Part shown: piece by piece, positions 1 to 8,081 of the stretch | Layout: every line of letters starts with the position of its first letter | Position numbering within the stretch: position 1 is the stretch's first letter | Origin: an uncultured Campylobacter sp. | GTDB lineage: Bacteria > Campylobacterota > Campylobacteria > Campylobacterales > Campylobacteraceae | Assembly (NCBI RefSeq): GCF_905371695.1 | Contig: NZ_CAJPMA010000001.1 | Location: 1-42,854, forward strand | DNA: 42,854 bases | Reading direction: 5' to 3' | The notes under the pieces: model-generated | What the model was told of the DNA's origin: nothing | The model's input: only the letters and a program-made list of their open reading frames with translations | The model's database searches: none | Translations under genes and position numbers: made by a program

Positions 1-22
1 TCGTTTTTTACGAACCATTGTT

Positions 23-1795
23 TTGAGACATAATCTCGAATTTATAACCGTTTTTGACGAAAAGGGCATTTTAAATGAGTATTGCGCGAAATTTCAGGGC
101 TTAGAGCGGCTTGAAGCGCGCGAAGCGATCGTGGCCGAGTTGGAGCGTTTAGGCAACGTAGAAAAGACCCAAGACTACGAAAATCAAGTCGGATACTGCT
201 ACCGCTGCAAAAACGTAGTCGAGCCTTATATCTCAAAACAATGGTTCGTAAAAAACGAGATCGCGAGCGAGGCGATCCGTAACGTAAACGAAGGCGGCGC
301 GCAGTTTTATCCGCCGCATTGGATTAATAGTTTTAACGCGTGGATGAGAGAGTTAAAAGATTGGTGTATCAGCCGTCAGCTGTGGTGGGGGCATCAAATT
401 CCCGTATTTTACTGCGAGTGCGGACACGAGTGGGCGGACGAGGCCGATAAACCCGCTAAATGCCCAAAATGCGGCGGGCAAAATTTTACGCAAGATCCGG
501 ACGTGCTAGATACGTGGTTTTCCAGCGGGCTTTGGCCTATTAGCACGCTCGGCTGGGGTAACGGCGACGAGCTAAAAAACAAAAAGTGGTTTGAGGGCGA
601 TTTGAAGGAATTTTACCCCAATACGATGCTAATTACGGGCTTTGACATACTGTTTTTTTGGGTCGCTAGAATGATGTTTCAGTGCCAAAACGCGCTCGGG
701 CAAATTCCGTTTAAAGATATTTATCTACACGCGCTAGTAAAAGATAAAGACGGCAAAAAAATGAGCAAAAGCAGCGGAAATATCATCGATCCGCTCGATA
801 AAATAGACGAATACAGCGCCGATATTTTGCGATTTACGCTCGCGCTTTTAGCCGTGCAGGGACGCGACATAAGGCTAAGCGAAGAAAAACTCGTGCTGGT
901 GCGAAATTTTACCAACAAGCTTTATAACGCGAGCAAATTTTTACTGCTAAACGCGAGCAAATTCGAAAATTTAGAAGACGTTCAAATAAAAACCGCGCTG
1001 GGCAAATATATGCTCTCGCGCTTTAACGAATGCGTTCGCGAGGTTCGCGAAAATTTAAGCGCTTATCGCTTCAATGACGCGGCGACGGCGCTTTACCGCT
1101 TCTTGTGGGACGAATTTTGCGACTGGGGCATCGAGCTTAGCAAGGCGGACAAAGGCGCGATAAGCGAGCTGGGCGCGATATTTAAAGAGGCTATGCGCGC
1201 GCTAAGCCCGTTTATGCCGTTTATCAGCGAGTATCTATTTCACGAGCTTAGCGGCACGAAATTAGAAGATGGCGCGCAGTCCATCATGGTACAAAGCTAT
1301 CCTTCTAATCTAAGTCGCGACGAGGCGATAGAGCGAAATTTCGCATTAATTATAGAAGCTATCGTTAGCATTCGCCGCGCAAAGGCGCAAATCGAGCTAG
1401 GCAACGCCAAAATCCCGCTAGCATACGTAAAAACTAACGACGACGGCGCAAATTTGGGCGAATTCGCAAATTACATAAAAACGCTCGCAAAATGCGAGGA
1501 CGTGGAATTTACGCGCGAAAAACTAGAAGGCGCGATCCGCGACGTAAGCGAAAATTTAGAGAGCTTCGTTCCGTTAGCTGGCGTCGATACGGGCGCGATG
1601 ACGGCGCGTCTAAATTCGCAAAAAATAAAGCTTGAAAAAGAGATACAGAAGCTATCGAATATGCTAAATAACGAAAAATTCATCGCTTCCGCGCCGGCAA
1701 ACGTAGTCGAGGCTAACCGCGAAGCGCTTGCCGTCGCGCAGGAAAAATTTAATAAAATTCGCGACGAATTGGTCGCGCTCGGGGGTCAAGATTGA
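23..1795 (+). CDS. valS: Valine--tRNA ligase, C-terminal ~590 aa (5'-partial)
   Basis: [37 protein letters not shown] and KMSKS motifs plus C-terminal coiled-coil arm. The HIGH-containing N-terminus is not in the window. Confidence 0.96.
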   Translation: MRHNLEFITVFDEKGILNEYCAKFQGLERLEAREAIVAELERLGNVEKTQDYENQVGYCYRCKNVVEPYISKQWFVKNEIASEAIRNVNEGGAQFYPPHWINSFNAWMRELKDWCISRQLWWGHQIPVFYCECGHEWADEADKPAKCPKCGGQNFTQDPDVLDTWFSSGLWPISTLGWGNGDELKNKKWFEGDLKEFYPNTMLITGFDILFFWVARMMFQCQNALGQIPFKDIYLHALVKDKDGKKMSKSSGNIIDPLDKIDEYSADILRFTLALLAVQGRDIRLSEEKLVLVRNFTNKLYNASKFLLLNASKFENLEDVQIKTALGKYMLSRFNECVREVRENLSAYRFNDAATALYRFLWDEFCDWGIELSKADKGAISELGAIFKEAMRALSPFMPFISEYLFHELSGTKLEDGAQSIMVQSYPSNLSRDEAIERNFALIIEAIVSIRRAKAQIELGNAKIPLAYVKTNDDGANLGEFANYIKTLAKCEDVEFTREKLEGAIRDVSENLESFVPLAGVDTGAMTARLNSQKIKLEKEIQKLSNMLNNEKFIASAPANVVEANREALAVAQEKFNKIRDELVALGGQD

Positions 1796-2748
1796 TAGAG
1801 ATTAAAGATTTAAAGAAATTTTACGGACAGGCGCTAACGATAGACGGCGTCAGCCTAAACGTAGCAAAGGGCGAAATTTTCGCCATCGTAGGTCACAGCG
1901 GCGCGGGCAAATCGACGTTGCTTCGCTGCATAAACGGATTAGAAAGCTATCAAGGCGGTTCGCTTAAAGTATTCGGGCGAGAAATTAGCGAGCTAAAAAA
2001 TGACGAGCTTAGAACGTTTCGCCGCGACGTAGGGATGATTTTTCAGCATTTCGCGCTGATGAGCCGCAAAAACGTCTTTGAAAACGTCGCCGCGCCGCTT
2101 AAATTTTGGGGATTTGATAACGCGCATATTAATTCGCGCGTAAACGAACTCTTAAATTTAGTAGGGCTCGGCGATAAGGCAAAAAGTTATCCTAACGCGC
2201 TTTCCGGCGGTCAAAAGCAACGCGTCGCGATCGCTAGGGCATTAGCGCTAAATCCTAAAATTTTACTCTCCGACGAGGCGACCAGCGCACTTGATCCGAA
2301 CACCACCAAAGGCGTCTTGGAGCTTCTTACTCGCATTAACCGCGAGCTTGGAATTAGCATCGTCATCGTCACGCACGAGATGGAAGTCGTAAAATCTATC
2401 GCCTCGCGCGCGATATTGCTAGAACACGGCAAAGTCATCGGCAGCGGTAGCGTAGAGGAGCTGTTTTTAAAACCCAACGAGAAGATGAAGGAATTTTTGG
2501 GCGAGGAGGAGATTTTACCTAGCGGCGGCGTAAATATTAGGCTATTTTTTCCAAAAGAGGTCGCGCAAAACTGCGTAATAACCAGCATGGCGCGCGAGCT
2601 AGATATCGATTTTAATATAGTCTGGGGCAAATTAGAGCGGCTAAACGAGCGCGTGCTGGGAAATTTAGTCATAAACGTAAACGAGCGCGATAAGCAGCGC
2701 GTGCTTGATTACGTAAGTAAAAGCGGCGTTTTATGGGAGGTGGCGTGA
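1792..2748 (+). CDS. metN: Methionine ABC transporter ATP-binding protein
   Basis: Walker [24 protein letters not shown] signature, [10 protein letters not shown]-terminal NIL-like domain; TTG start overlaps valS stop; adjacent to metI/metQ. Confidence 0.93.
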   Translation: MIEIKDLKKFYGQALTIDGVSLNVAKGEIFAIVGHSGAGKSTLLRCINGLESYQGGSLKVFGREISELKNDELRTFRRDVGMIFQHFALMSRKNVFENVAAPLKFWGFDNAHINSRVNELLNLVGLGDKAKSYPNALSGGQKQRVAIARALALNPKILLSDEATSALDPNTTKGVLELLTRINRELGISIVIVTHEMEVVKSIASRAILLEHGKVIGSGSVEELFLKPNEKMKEFLGEEEILPSGGVNIRLFFPKEVAQNCVITSMARELDIDFNIVWGKLERLNERVLGNLVINVNERDKQRVLDYVSKSGVLWEVA

Positions 2749-3422
2749 TGTTTGGCATAGATTTTTCGAAATTTCCGGAGCTTTTTAATAAAATTTTACT
2801 TCCGGCGATTAACGAAACGCTTTATATGAGCTTAGTTTCCACACTTTTAGCGTTTATAATAGGGTTAATTCCCGCGGTGCTTTTAATTCTTTGGGATAAA
2901 AACGGGCTAAAACCGAACCCGAAATGTTATTTTACGCTCGACATAGTGATAAATACGCTTAGAAGCTTTCCGTTTATCATACTCATCATCGTGCTTTTCC
3001 CGCTTACCAAGCTCATCGTAGGCACTAGCATCGGTACCACGGCGGCCATCGTTCCGCTTACTATCGGCGCAGCGCCTTTCGTGGCTAGATTAATCGAAAA
3101 TTCGCTAAAAGAGGTCGATAAGGGCATCGTCGAAGCGGCAAAGAGCTTCGGCGCGTCGAATTTTCAAATTATCTTTCGCATAATGTTCGTCGAGGCGTTG
3201 CCCGGTATCGTTTCGGCATTTACGCTAACGCTAATCGTAAATATCGGCTTTTCGGCGATGGCGGGCGCGGTAGGCGGCGGCGGTCTCGGCGCGGTAGCGA
3301 TAAACTACGGCTATCAGCGCTTCCGCCCGGATATTATGTTTTACACGGTCGTGATCTTAATCATAATGGTGCAAATCGTGCAAATTTTGGGCAATTATCT
3401 CTATAAAATTACTAAAAAGTAG
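2748..3422 (+). CDS. metI: Methionine ABC transporter permease
   Basis: LRSFPFIIL, EAAKSFGAS (EAA loop), SAMAGAVGGGGLG motifs. Start placed at ATG 2748 (TGATG overlap with metN stop, GGAGG upstream) rather than 2733. Confidence 0.93.
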   Translation: MFGIDFSKFPELFNKILLPAINETLYMSLVSTLLAFIIGLIPAVLLILWDKNGLKPNPKCYFTLDIVINTLRSFPFIILIIVLFPLTKLIVGTSIGTTAAIVPLTIGAAPFVARLIENSLKEVDKGIVEAAKSFGASNFQIIFRIMFVEALPGIVSAFTLTLIVNIGFSAMAGAVGGGGLGAVAINYGYQRFRPDIMFYTVVILIIMVQIVQILGNYLYKITKK

Positions 3423-3450
3423 CCGTAATCGGCTACTTTTATTTTTGTTT
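3415..3450 (+). terminator. Intrinsic terminator after metI
   Basis: Perfect stem AAAAGTAGCCG-taat-CGGCTACTTTT (3415-3440) followed by ATTTTTGTTT. Confidence 0.8.
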
Positions 3451-3470
3451 AAAGTTTTTTTGCTTACAAT
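3437..3470 (+). promoter_or_regulatory. Putative sigma70 promoter for the leader-metQ transcript
   Basis: TACAAT at 3465-3470 preceded by periodic T-tracts, typical of Campylobacter promoters; about 30 nt upstream of the leader ATG. Confidence 0.6.
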
Positions 3471-3501
3471 CACCGCTAAATTTTACCCGAAAGGATCAGC
3501 C

Positions 3502-3561
3502 ATGAAATCAGATATGTGCGATATGCGTCGCTATACCCGAAACGAGTCGTCGAGAGACTAA
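3502..3561 (+). CDS. Putative Met/Cys-sensing leader peptide, 19 aa MKSDMCDMRRYTRNESSRD
   Basis: AAAGGA RBS at 3490-3495, ATG 3502, Met at codons 1, 5, 8 and Cys at codon 6, TAA 3559-3561; directly upstream of alternative hairpins and metQ. Confidence 0.72.
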   Translation: MKSDMCDMRRYTRNESSRD

Positions 3562-3685
3562 CCTAAGCGCGAAATTTCTTTTTAAGTGCTTAGATTGGCT
3601 AGCATTTAAAAAGAAATTTAAGCTCCCATTTATACGCTTATCCTTTTTAAATTCGCTAGCAAAAATTTTTAAAAAGGATAAAACA
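3558..3685 (+). promoter_or_regulatory. Putative translational attenuator (alternative helices, anti-SD/SD sequestrator) for metQ1
   Basis: Helices 3558-3570:3586-3598; 3572-3590:3601-3619 (19 bp); 3598-3613:3643-3660; and perfect 14-bp 3638-3651:3668-3681 covering the AAGGA SD. Confidence 0.72.
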
Positions 3686-4462
3686 ATGAAATTTTCTAAA
3701 ATCTTACTAGGCGCTTTGCTTGCCGTTAGCTTAAATGCCGCAGACAAAGCTAAAACAATCGTCGTAGGCGCCACCCCAGTTCCTCACGCAGAAATTTTAG
3801 AAACGATTAAACCGCTTCTAGCAAAAGAAGGCTACGCGCTTGAAATCAAGGAATTTAACGACTACTCTATACCTAATCTCGCTACTGAGGACGGCGATTT
3901 AGACGCGAATTTCTTCCAACATCTTCCGTATTTAAACGAATTTAACAAAAATAAAGGCACGCATTTGGTTAAAACCGTCGGCGTACATTTAGAGCCGATG
4001 GCGGTTTATTCGCAAAAGATTAAAAACATTAACGAGCTTAAAAACGGCGATAGCGTCGCGATTCCAAACGACCCTACAAACGAATCTCGCGCGCTTGACG
4101 TGCTAGCCGGCGCGGGACTAATTAAGTTAAACGACAACCCGCTAAAAACTCCGCTTGACATAACCGAAAATCCTAAAAACCTGAAATTTAGCGAAATCGA
4201 AACCGCGCAGCTTCCGCGTACTTTAAGCGACGTTACGATCGCCGTTATTAACACAAACTACGCGCTAAACGCGAATTTAAACCCAACCAAAGACGCTCTT
4301 GTCGTCGAAGGCAAAGATAGTCCTTACGTAAATTACGTAGTAGTTAAAGCCGGTAACGAAAACAGTCCAAAAACAAAAGCCCTCGACAAAGCCATTAACG
4401 ACGAGAGCGTTAAAAAATTTATCGAGGATAAATATAAAGGCGCGATACTTCCGGCTTTTTAA
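3686..4462 (+). CDS. metQ: MetQ/NlpA-family substrate-binding protein (paralog 1)
   Basis: GATPVPHAEIL, DANFFQHLPYL, PNDPTNESRAL, INTNY, SPYVN motifs; signal peptide. Confidence 0.92.
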   Translation: MKFSKILLGALLAVSLNAADKAKTIVVGATPVPHAEILETIKPLLAKEGYALEIKEFNDYSIPNLATEDGDLDANFFQHLPYLNEFNKNKGTHLVKTVGVHLEPMAVYSQKIKNINELKNGDSVAIPNDPTNESRALDVLAGAGLIKLNDNPLKTPLDITENPKNLKFSEIETAQLPRTLSDVTIAVINTNYALNANLNPTKDALVVEGKDSPYVNYVVVKAGNENSPKTKALDKAINDESVKKFIEDKYKGAILPAF

Positions 4463-4573
4463 CCGAATTTAGGCGCTCTAACGAGTAAAATTTCAAGTCG
4501 CCGGGCCGTTGCGCCCAGGCTAACCCCGCTCAAAGGCTTTTTACCTTTTGTGCTAAATCTAAAAGGAAAAACA

Positions 4574-5353
4574 ATGAAAATAAGCAAAATTTTGCTATCT
4601 ACGCTAGTAGCGTTATCGCTAAACGCCGCCGATAAGGCGCACACCATTAAAGTCGCGGTCTCTCCCGTCCCGCACGCCGAAATTTTAGAGGCGATCAAAC
4701 CGCAGCTTAAAAAGGAAGGCTACGACCTTGATATTATAGAAATAAGCGACTACTCGATACCAAACGTCGCTACGCAAGACGGTTCGCTGGACGCAAACTT
4801 TTTCCAGCATCTACCCTACTTGCAAAACCAAAACGAAACGCGCGGGTTAAATTTAGTTAGCGTCGCGGCGATCCACTTAGAGCCGCTGGGCTTTTACTCC
4901 AAGAAAATTAAAAATATCAACGAGCTAAAAGACGGCGCTACCGTCGCGATCGCTCATGATCCTAGCAACGGCAATAGAGCGCTTCAAATTTTGCAAAAAG
5001 CGGGGCTTATAGAGCTAAATAAAAATGCCAAAGTAGCGAGCGTGCAAGATATCGTTAAAAATCCTAAAAACCTAAAATTTACCGAACTTGAAGGCGCGCT
5101 TATACCGCGCGCGCTAGATGACGTCGATTTAGCAGCGATTAGCACGAATTTTATCCTTGATATGGGGATGAATCCAAGCAAAGACGCGCTTTTGATCGAG
5201 GATACCGATAGTCCTTACGCAAACATAATCGTAGTAAAATCCGGAAACGAAAACGAACCTAAAATTAAAGCGCTTGTAAGCGCGGCTACTAGCAAAGAAT
5301 CTAAGGAATTTATCCTTAAAAAATATAACGGCGCGATACTGCCGACATTTTAA
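4574..5353 (+). CDS. metQ: MetQ/NlpA-family substrate-binding protein (paralog 2)
   Basis: SPVPHAEIL, DANFFQHLPYL, DPSNGNRAL, SPYAN; start moved to ATG 4574 behind the AAAAGGA RBS. Confidence 0.9.
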   Translation: MKISKILLSTLVALSLNAADKAHTIKVAVSPVPHAEILEAIKPQLKKEGYDLDIIEISDYSIPNVATQDGSLDANFFQHLPYLQNQNETRGLNLVSVAAIHLEPLGFYSKKIKNINELKDGATVAIAHDPSNGNRALQILQKAGLIELNKNAKVASVQDIVKNPKNLKFTELEGALIPRALDDVDLAAISTNFILDMGMNPSKDALLIEDTDSPYANIIVVKSGNENEPKIKALVSAATSKESKEFILKKYNGAILPTF

Positions 5354-5372
5354 TTAATCAAAAAGGAAATAA

Positions 5373-6155
5373 ATGAAAAATTTAAAATTTTTACTAGCGG
5401 GCGCGCTTTTTGCGCTAAATCTACAAGCCGCGGGCGATGAAAAGACGATCGTAATAGGCGCCACTCCCGTCCCGCACGCCGAAATTTTAGAAGAGGTCGT
5501 AGCGCCGCTTTTGGCAAAAGAGGGCTATAAACTAGAAGTTAAAGTTTTTAACGACTACGTGATTCCTAATTTAGCCGTCGAACAAGGAGATCTCGACGCA
5601 AACTATTTTCAGGGCTTGCCGTATATGAAGTCGTTTAATAAAGACAATGACACGCACATAGTCCCGACCGTCGGCGTGCACGTCGAGCCTATGGGTATTT
5701 ACTCTCGTAAAATCAAGAAGCTAGACGAGCTAAAAGACGGCGATAAGGTCGCTATCTCAAACAACACCGCAGACTCTACGCGCTCAATAAATTTGCTTGA
5801 AAAAGCGGGCGTTATTAAGGCAAAAGACGGCGAATATAAGTCTCCGCACGACATCGTACAAAATCCTAAGAATTTAAAATTTATCGAAATGGAGTCGGCT
5901 CAAACTCCGCGCGCGTTAGACGAAGTAGCAATCGCGTTTATTAATATTAACTACGCGCTAGACGTCGGGCTAAAACCTACGCAAGACGCCCTACTTTTAG
6001 AAGGCAAAGATAGCCCGTATACGAACTACGTAGCCGTAAAGGCGGGTAATGAAAATTTACCGAAAATAAAGGCGCTTGATAAGGCGATTTTAAGCCCCGA
6101 AGTAAAGAAATTTATCGAGGACCGCTACAAAGGCGCGGTGATTCCGTCGTTTTAA
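5373..6155 (+). CDS. metQ: MetQ/NlpA-family substrate-binding protein (paralog 3, divergent)
   Basis: GATPVPHAEIL, DANYFQGLPYM, SPYTNY; AAGGA RBS. Confidence 0.88.
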   Translation: MKNLKFLLAGALFALNLQAAGDEKTIVIGATPVPHAEILEEVVAPLLAKEGYKLEVKVFNDYVIPNLAVEQGDLDANYFQGLPYMKSFNKDNDTHIVPTVGVHVEPMGIYSRKIKKLDELKDGDKVAISNNTADSTRSINLLEKAGVIKAKDGEYKSPHDIVQNPKNLKFIEMESAQTPRALDEVAIAFININYALDVGLKPTQDALLLEGKDSPYTNYVAVKAGNENLPKIKALDKAILSPEVKKFIEDRYKGAVIPSF

Positions 6156-6223
6156 AATTTTATGGCGGTTGCTTGACCGCCAGCCCTAACTATTTTGATT
6201 ACGCTTGCCATTAAAGGAATTTT

Positions 6224-6871
6224 GTGAATCTGCTTTTAATTGCTACTATTATGGTTACGCACTTTATCGCGCTTATCGTGCCCGGACCAGATATATTTCT
6301 CATACTCCGCACATCGCTAGCTCATGGCTTTAAACAAAGCGTATTTGCCTGTCTTGGCGTAGGTGCGGGCATACTTGTTTGGATTATATTGACCGCATTT
6401 GGACTAAAAACGCTCTTTACACTCTTTCCACCGCTTAGACTGATTTTAATGGCATTTAGCGTGGCATACCTACTTTATTTATCAATCATTTTGTTAAACT
6501 CATCGCGAAAAGGCAGCAGTATAAATTTGGGCGCAAAGCACGAACTAAACGCTTCTAGCCTACGATTTTTTACATTAGGTTTTTTGACAAATCTCTCAAA
6601 CCCAAAGGCTGTGCTTTACTTTGCCAGTATCTTTTCAAATTTTATTAGCGATACAAGCGAGGCTAGTAGTGTGATCTTGCTAATGACGGTTATTGGTGTT
6701 GAAAGTATGATTACTTTTACATTGCTTGGCAAAATTTTCTCTGCCAAAAAGGCTCGCGAGATATTTTTAAAAAACCAACGCATGCTTGACGGTATATGCT
6801 CGGCTGTTTTTGCGATTTTTGCATGCGCGATATTTTACGAGCTAGCAAGCGAAATTTTAAGCGAATTTTGA
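6224..6871 (+). CDS. LysE/RhtB-family amino acid exporter
   Basis: N-terminal PGPD motif, GFLTNLSNPKA motif, multiple hydrophobic segments; AAGGA RBS with GTG start. Confidence 0.88.
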   Translation: MNLLLIATIMVTHFIALIVPGPDIFLILRTSLAHGFKQSVFACLGVGAGILVWIILTAFGLKTLFTLFPPLRLILMAFSVAYLLYLSIILLNSSRKGSSINLGAKHELNASSLRFFTLGFLTNLSNPKAVLYFASIFSNFISDTSEASSVILLMTVIGVESMITFTLLGKIFSAKKAREIFLKNQRMLDGICSAVFAIFACAIFYELASEILSEF

Positions 6872-6907
6872 CTAAAATCGCCTCTAATTTTTGCTTTAAG
6901 GTTTAAT

Positions 6908-7519
6908 TTGCTACATGAAATTATAGATTTTATCGTATCTACCGTAAGTCAGTGGGGCTACGTCGGTATATTTTTTATGATGTTTTTAGAAAGTTCGTTT
7001 TTTCCGTTTCCTAGCGAAGTAGTAATGATACCCGCGGGCTTTTTGGCGCACAAGGGCGAGATGAGTCTGGTAGCGGCGTTCGCATCGGGGGTTGCGGGCT
7101 CGCTGGCGGGTGCCGCGTTTAATTATTATTTGTGCTTTTTTTTCGGAAGATCGCTCATCGAGCGATACGGGCGCTATGTCTGGATCACGCATGAAAAAAT
7201 GGCGAAATTCGAAGCTTTTTTTAATAAGCACGGCGAAATTTCTACGTTTAACTGCCGCTTGATCCCTGGTATACGTCAATACATCAGTCTACCTGCCGGA
7301 CTTGCAAAGATGAATATCTTTAAATTTTGCTTTTATACAACACTGGGCGCAGCCGTTTGGGTGGCGATATTACTTACCGTCGGCTATTTTCTAGGAGCCA
7401 ATCAAGAACTCGTACACGAAAAAATGACTCAAATTACGATAGGTCTGCTTTTAGCGGTCGCGGCGATTAGCGGAGTTTATTTTGCGGTTTTAAAAAGAAA
7501 GAGCCGACCGAAAATTTAG
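6908..7519 (+). CDS. DedA-family membrane protein
   Basis: FLESSFFPFPSEVVMIPAGF and RLIPGIRQYISLPAG motifs. Confidence 0.9.
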   Translation: MLHEIIDFIVSTVSQWGYVGIFFMMFLESSFFPFPSEVVMIPAGFLAHKGEMSLVAAFASGVAGSLAGAAFNYYLCFFFGRSLIERYGRYVWITHEKMAKFEAFFNKHGEISTFNCRLIPGIRQYISLPAGLAKMNIFKFCFYTTLGAAVWVAILLTVGYFLGANQELVHEKMTQITIGLLLAVAAISGVYFAVLKRKSRPKI

Positions 7520-7532
7520 TCGGCTACCGAAT

Positions 7533-8072
7533 TTACGAAATTTTCTTTTGTTTAGGACGAAAAACCTTCATTTTAGTTTCGTCCGTCTCTATAAACGCGC
7601 CCTCGATTAGGTCGATGCAGTAAGGAACCGCGGGGAATACGGGCTCTAAGCACTCTTTTATCGCTTTGGGCTGCCCCGGTAGATTAATAATTAGCGCGTG
7701 CTTTCTAATGCCCGCCGTCTGGCGCGATAAGATCGCCGTCGGGACGTATTTTAGGCTCTGCGCGCGCATTAGCTCGCCAAAGCCGGGCATTATTTTCTCG
7801 CACACCGCCTCCGTTGCCTCGGGCGTTACGTCGCGTACCGCAGGACCCGTGCCGCCCGTAGTTAGAACCAAGTCGCAGCCTAGCTCGTCGGTCATAAATT
7901 TTAGCCTCTCGCAAATTAGTTCCAATTCGTCCGGTATCACCTCGTAAAAATACTCGCGCGGACTTATTATCCACTCGTCTAAGCACTCTCTTATCGCGGC
8001 GCCGGACTTATCCTCGTATACGCCCTCGCTGGCGCGGTCGCTAAGCGTTAAAATGCCGATCTTTGCCGTCAT
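7533..8072 (-). CDS. mog: Molybdopterin adenylyltransferase
   Basis: SDRAS.GVYEDKSG, TTGGTGPAVRDVTPEAT, LSRQTAG, NLPGQPKAI motifs. Confidence 0.95.
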   Translation of the reverse strand: MTAKIGILTLSDRASEGVYEDKSGAAIRECLDEWIISPREYFYEVIPDELELICERLKFMTDELGCDLVLTTGGTGPAVRDVTPEATEAVCEKIMPGFGELMRAQSLKYVPTAILSRQTAGIRKHALIINLPGQPKAIKECLEPVFPAVPYCIDLIEGAFIETDETKMKVFRPKQKKIS

Positions 8073-8081
8073 AACATCTCC

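Noticed and set aside
3471..3685. SAM riboswitch or T-box upstream of metQ
   Set aside because: I could not find SAM-I/II core motifs or a T-box consensus and specifier stem; the leader ORF plus alternative helices explain the region better. An Rfam scan is still advisable.
3508..3774. 88-aa minus-strand ORF across the metQ leader
   Set aside because: Antisense to metQ1 and the leader, no recognisable motif or RBS; likely a shadow ORF.
6163..6182. Hairpin TGGCGGT/ACCGCCA after metQ3 as an intrinsic terminator
   Set aside because: The stem is real but has no following U-tract on the + strand, so it is not called as a terminator.
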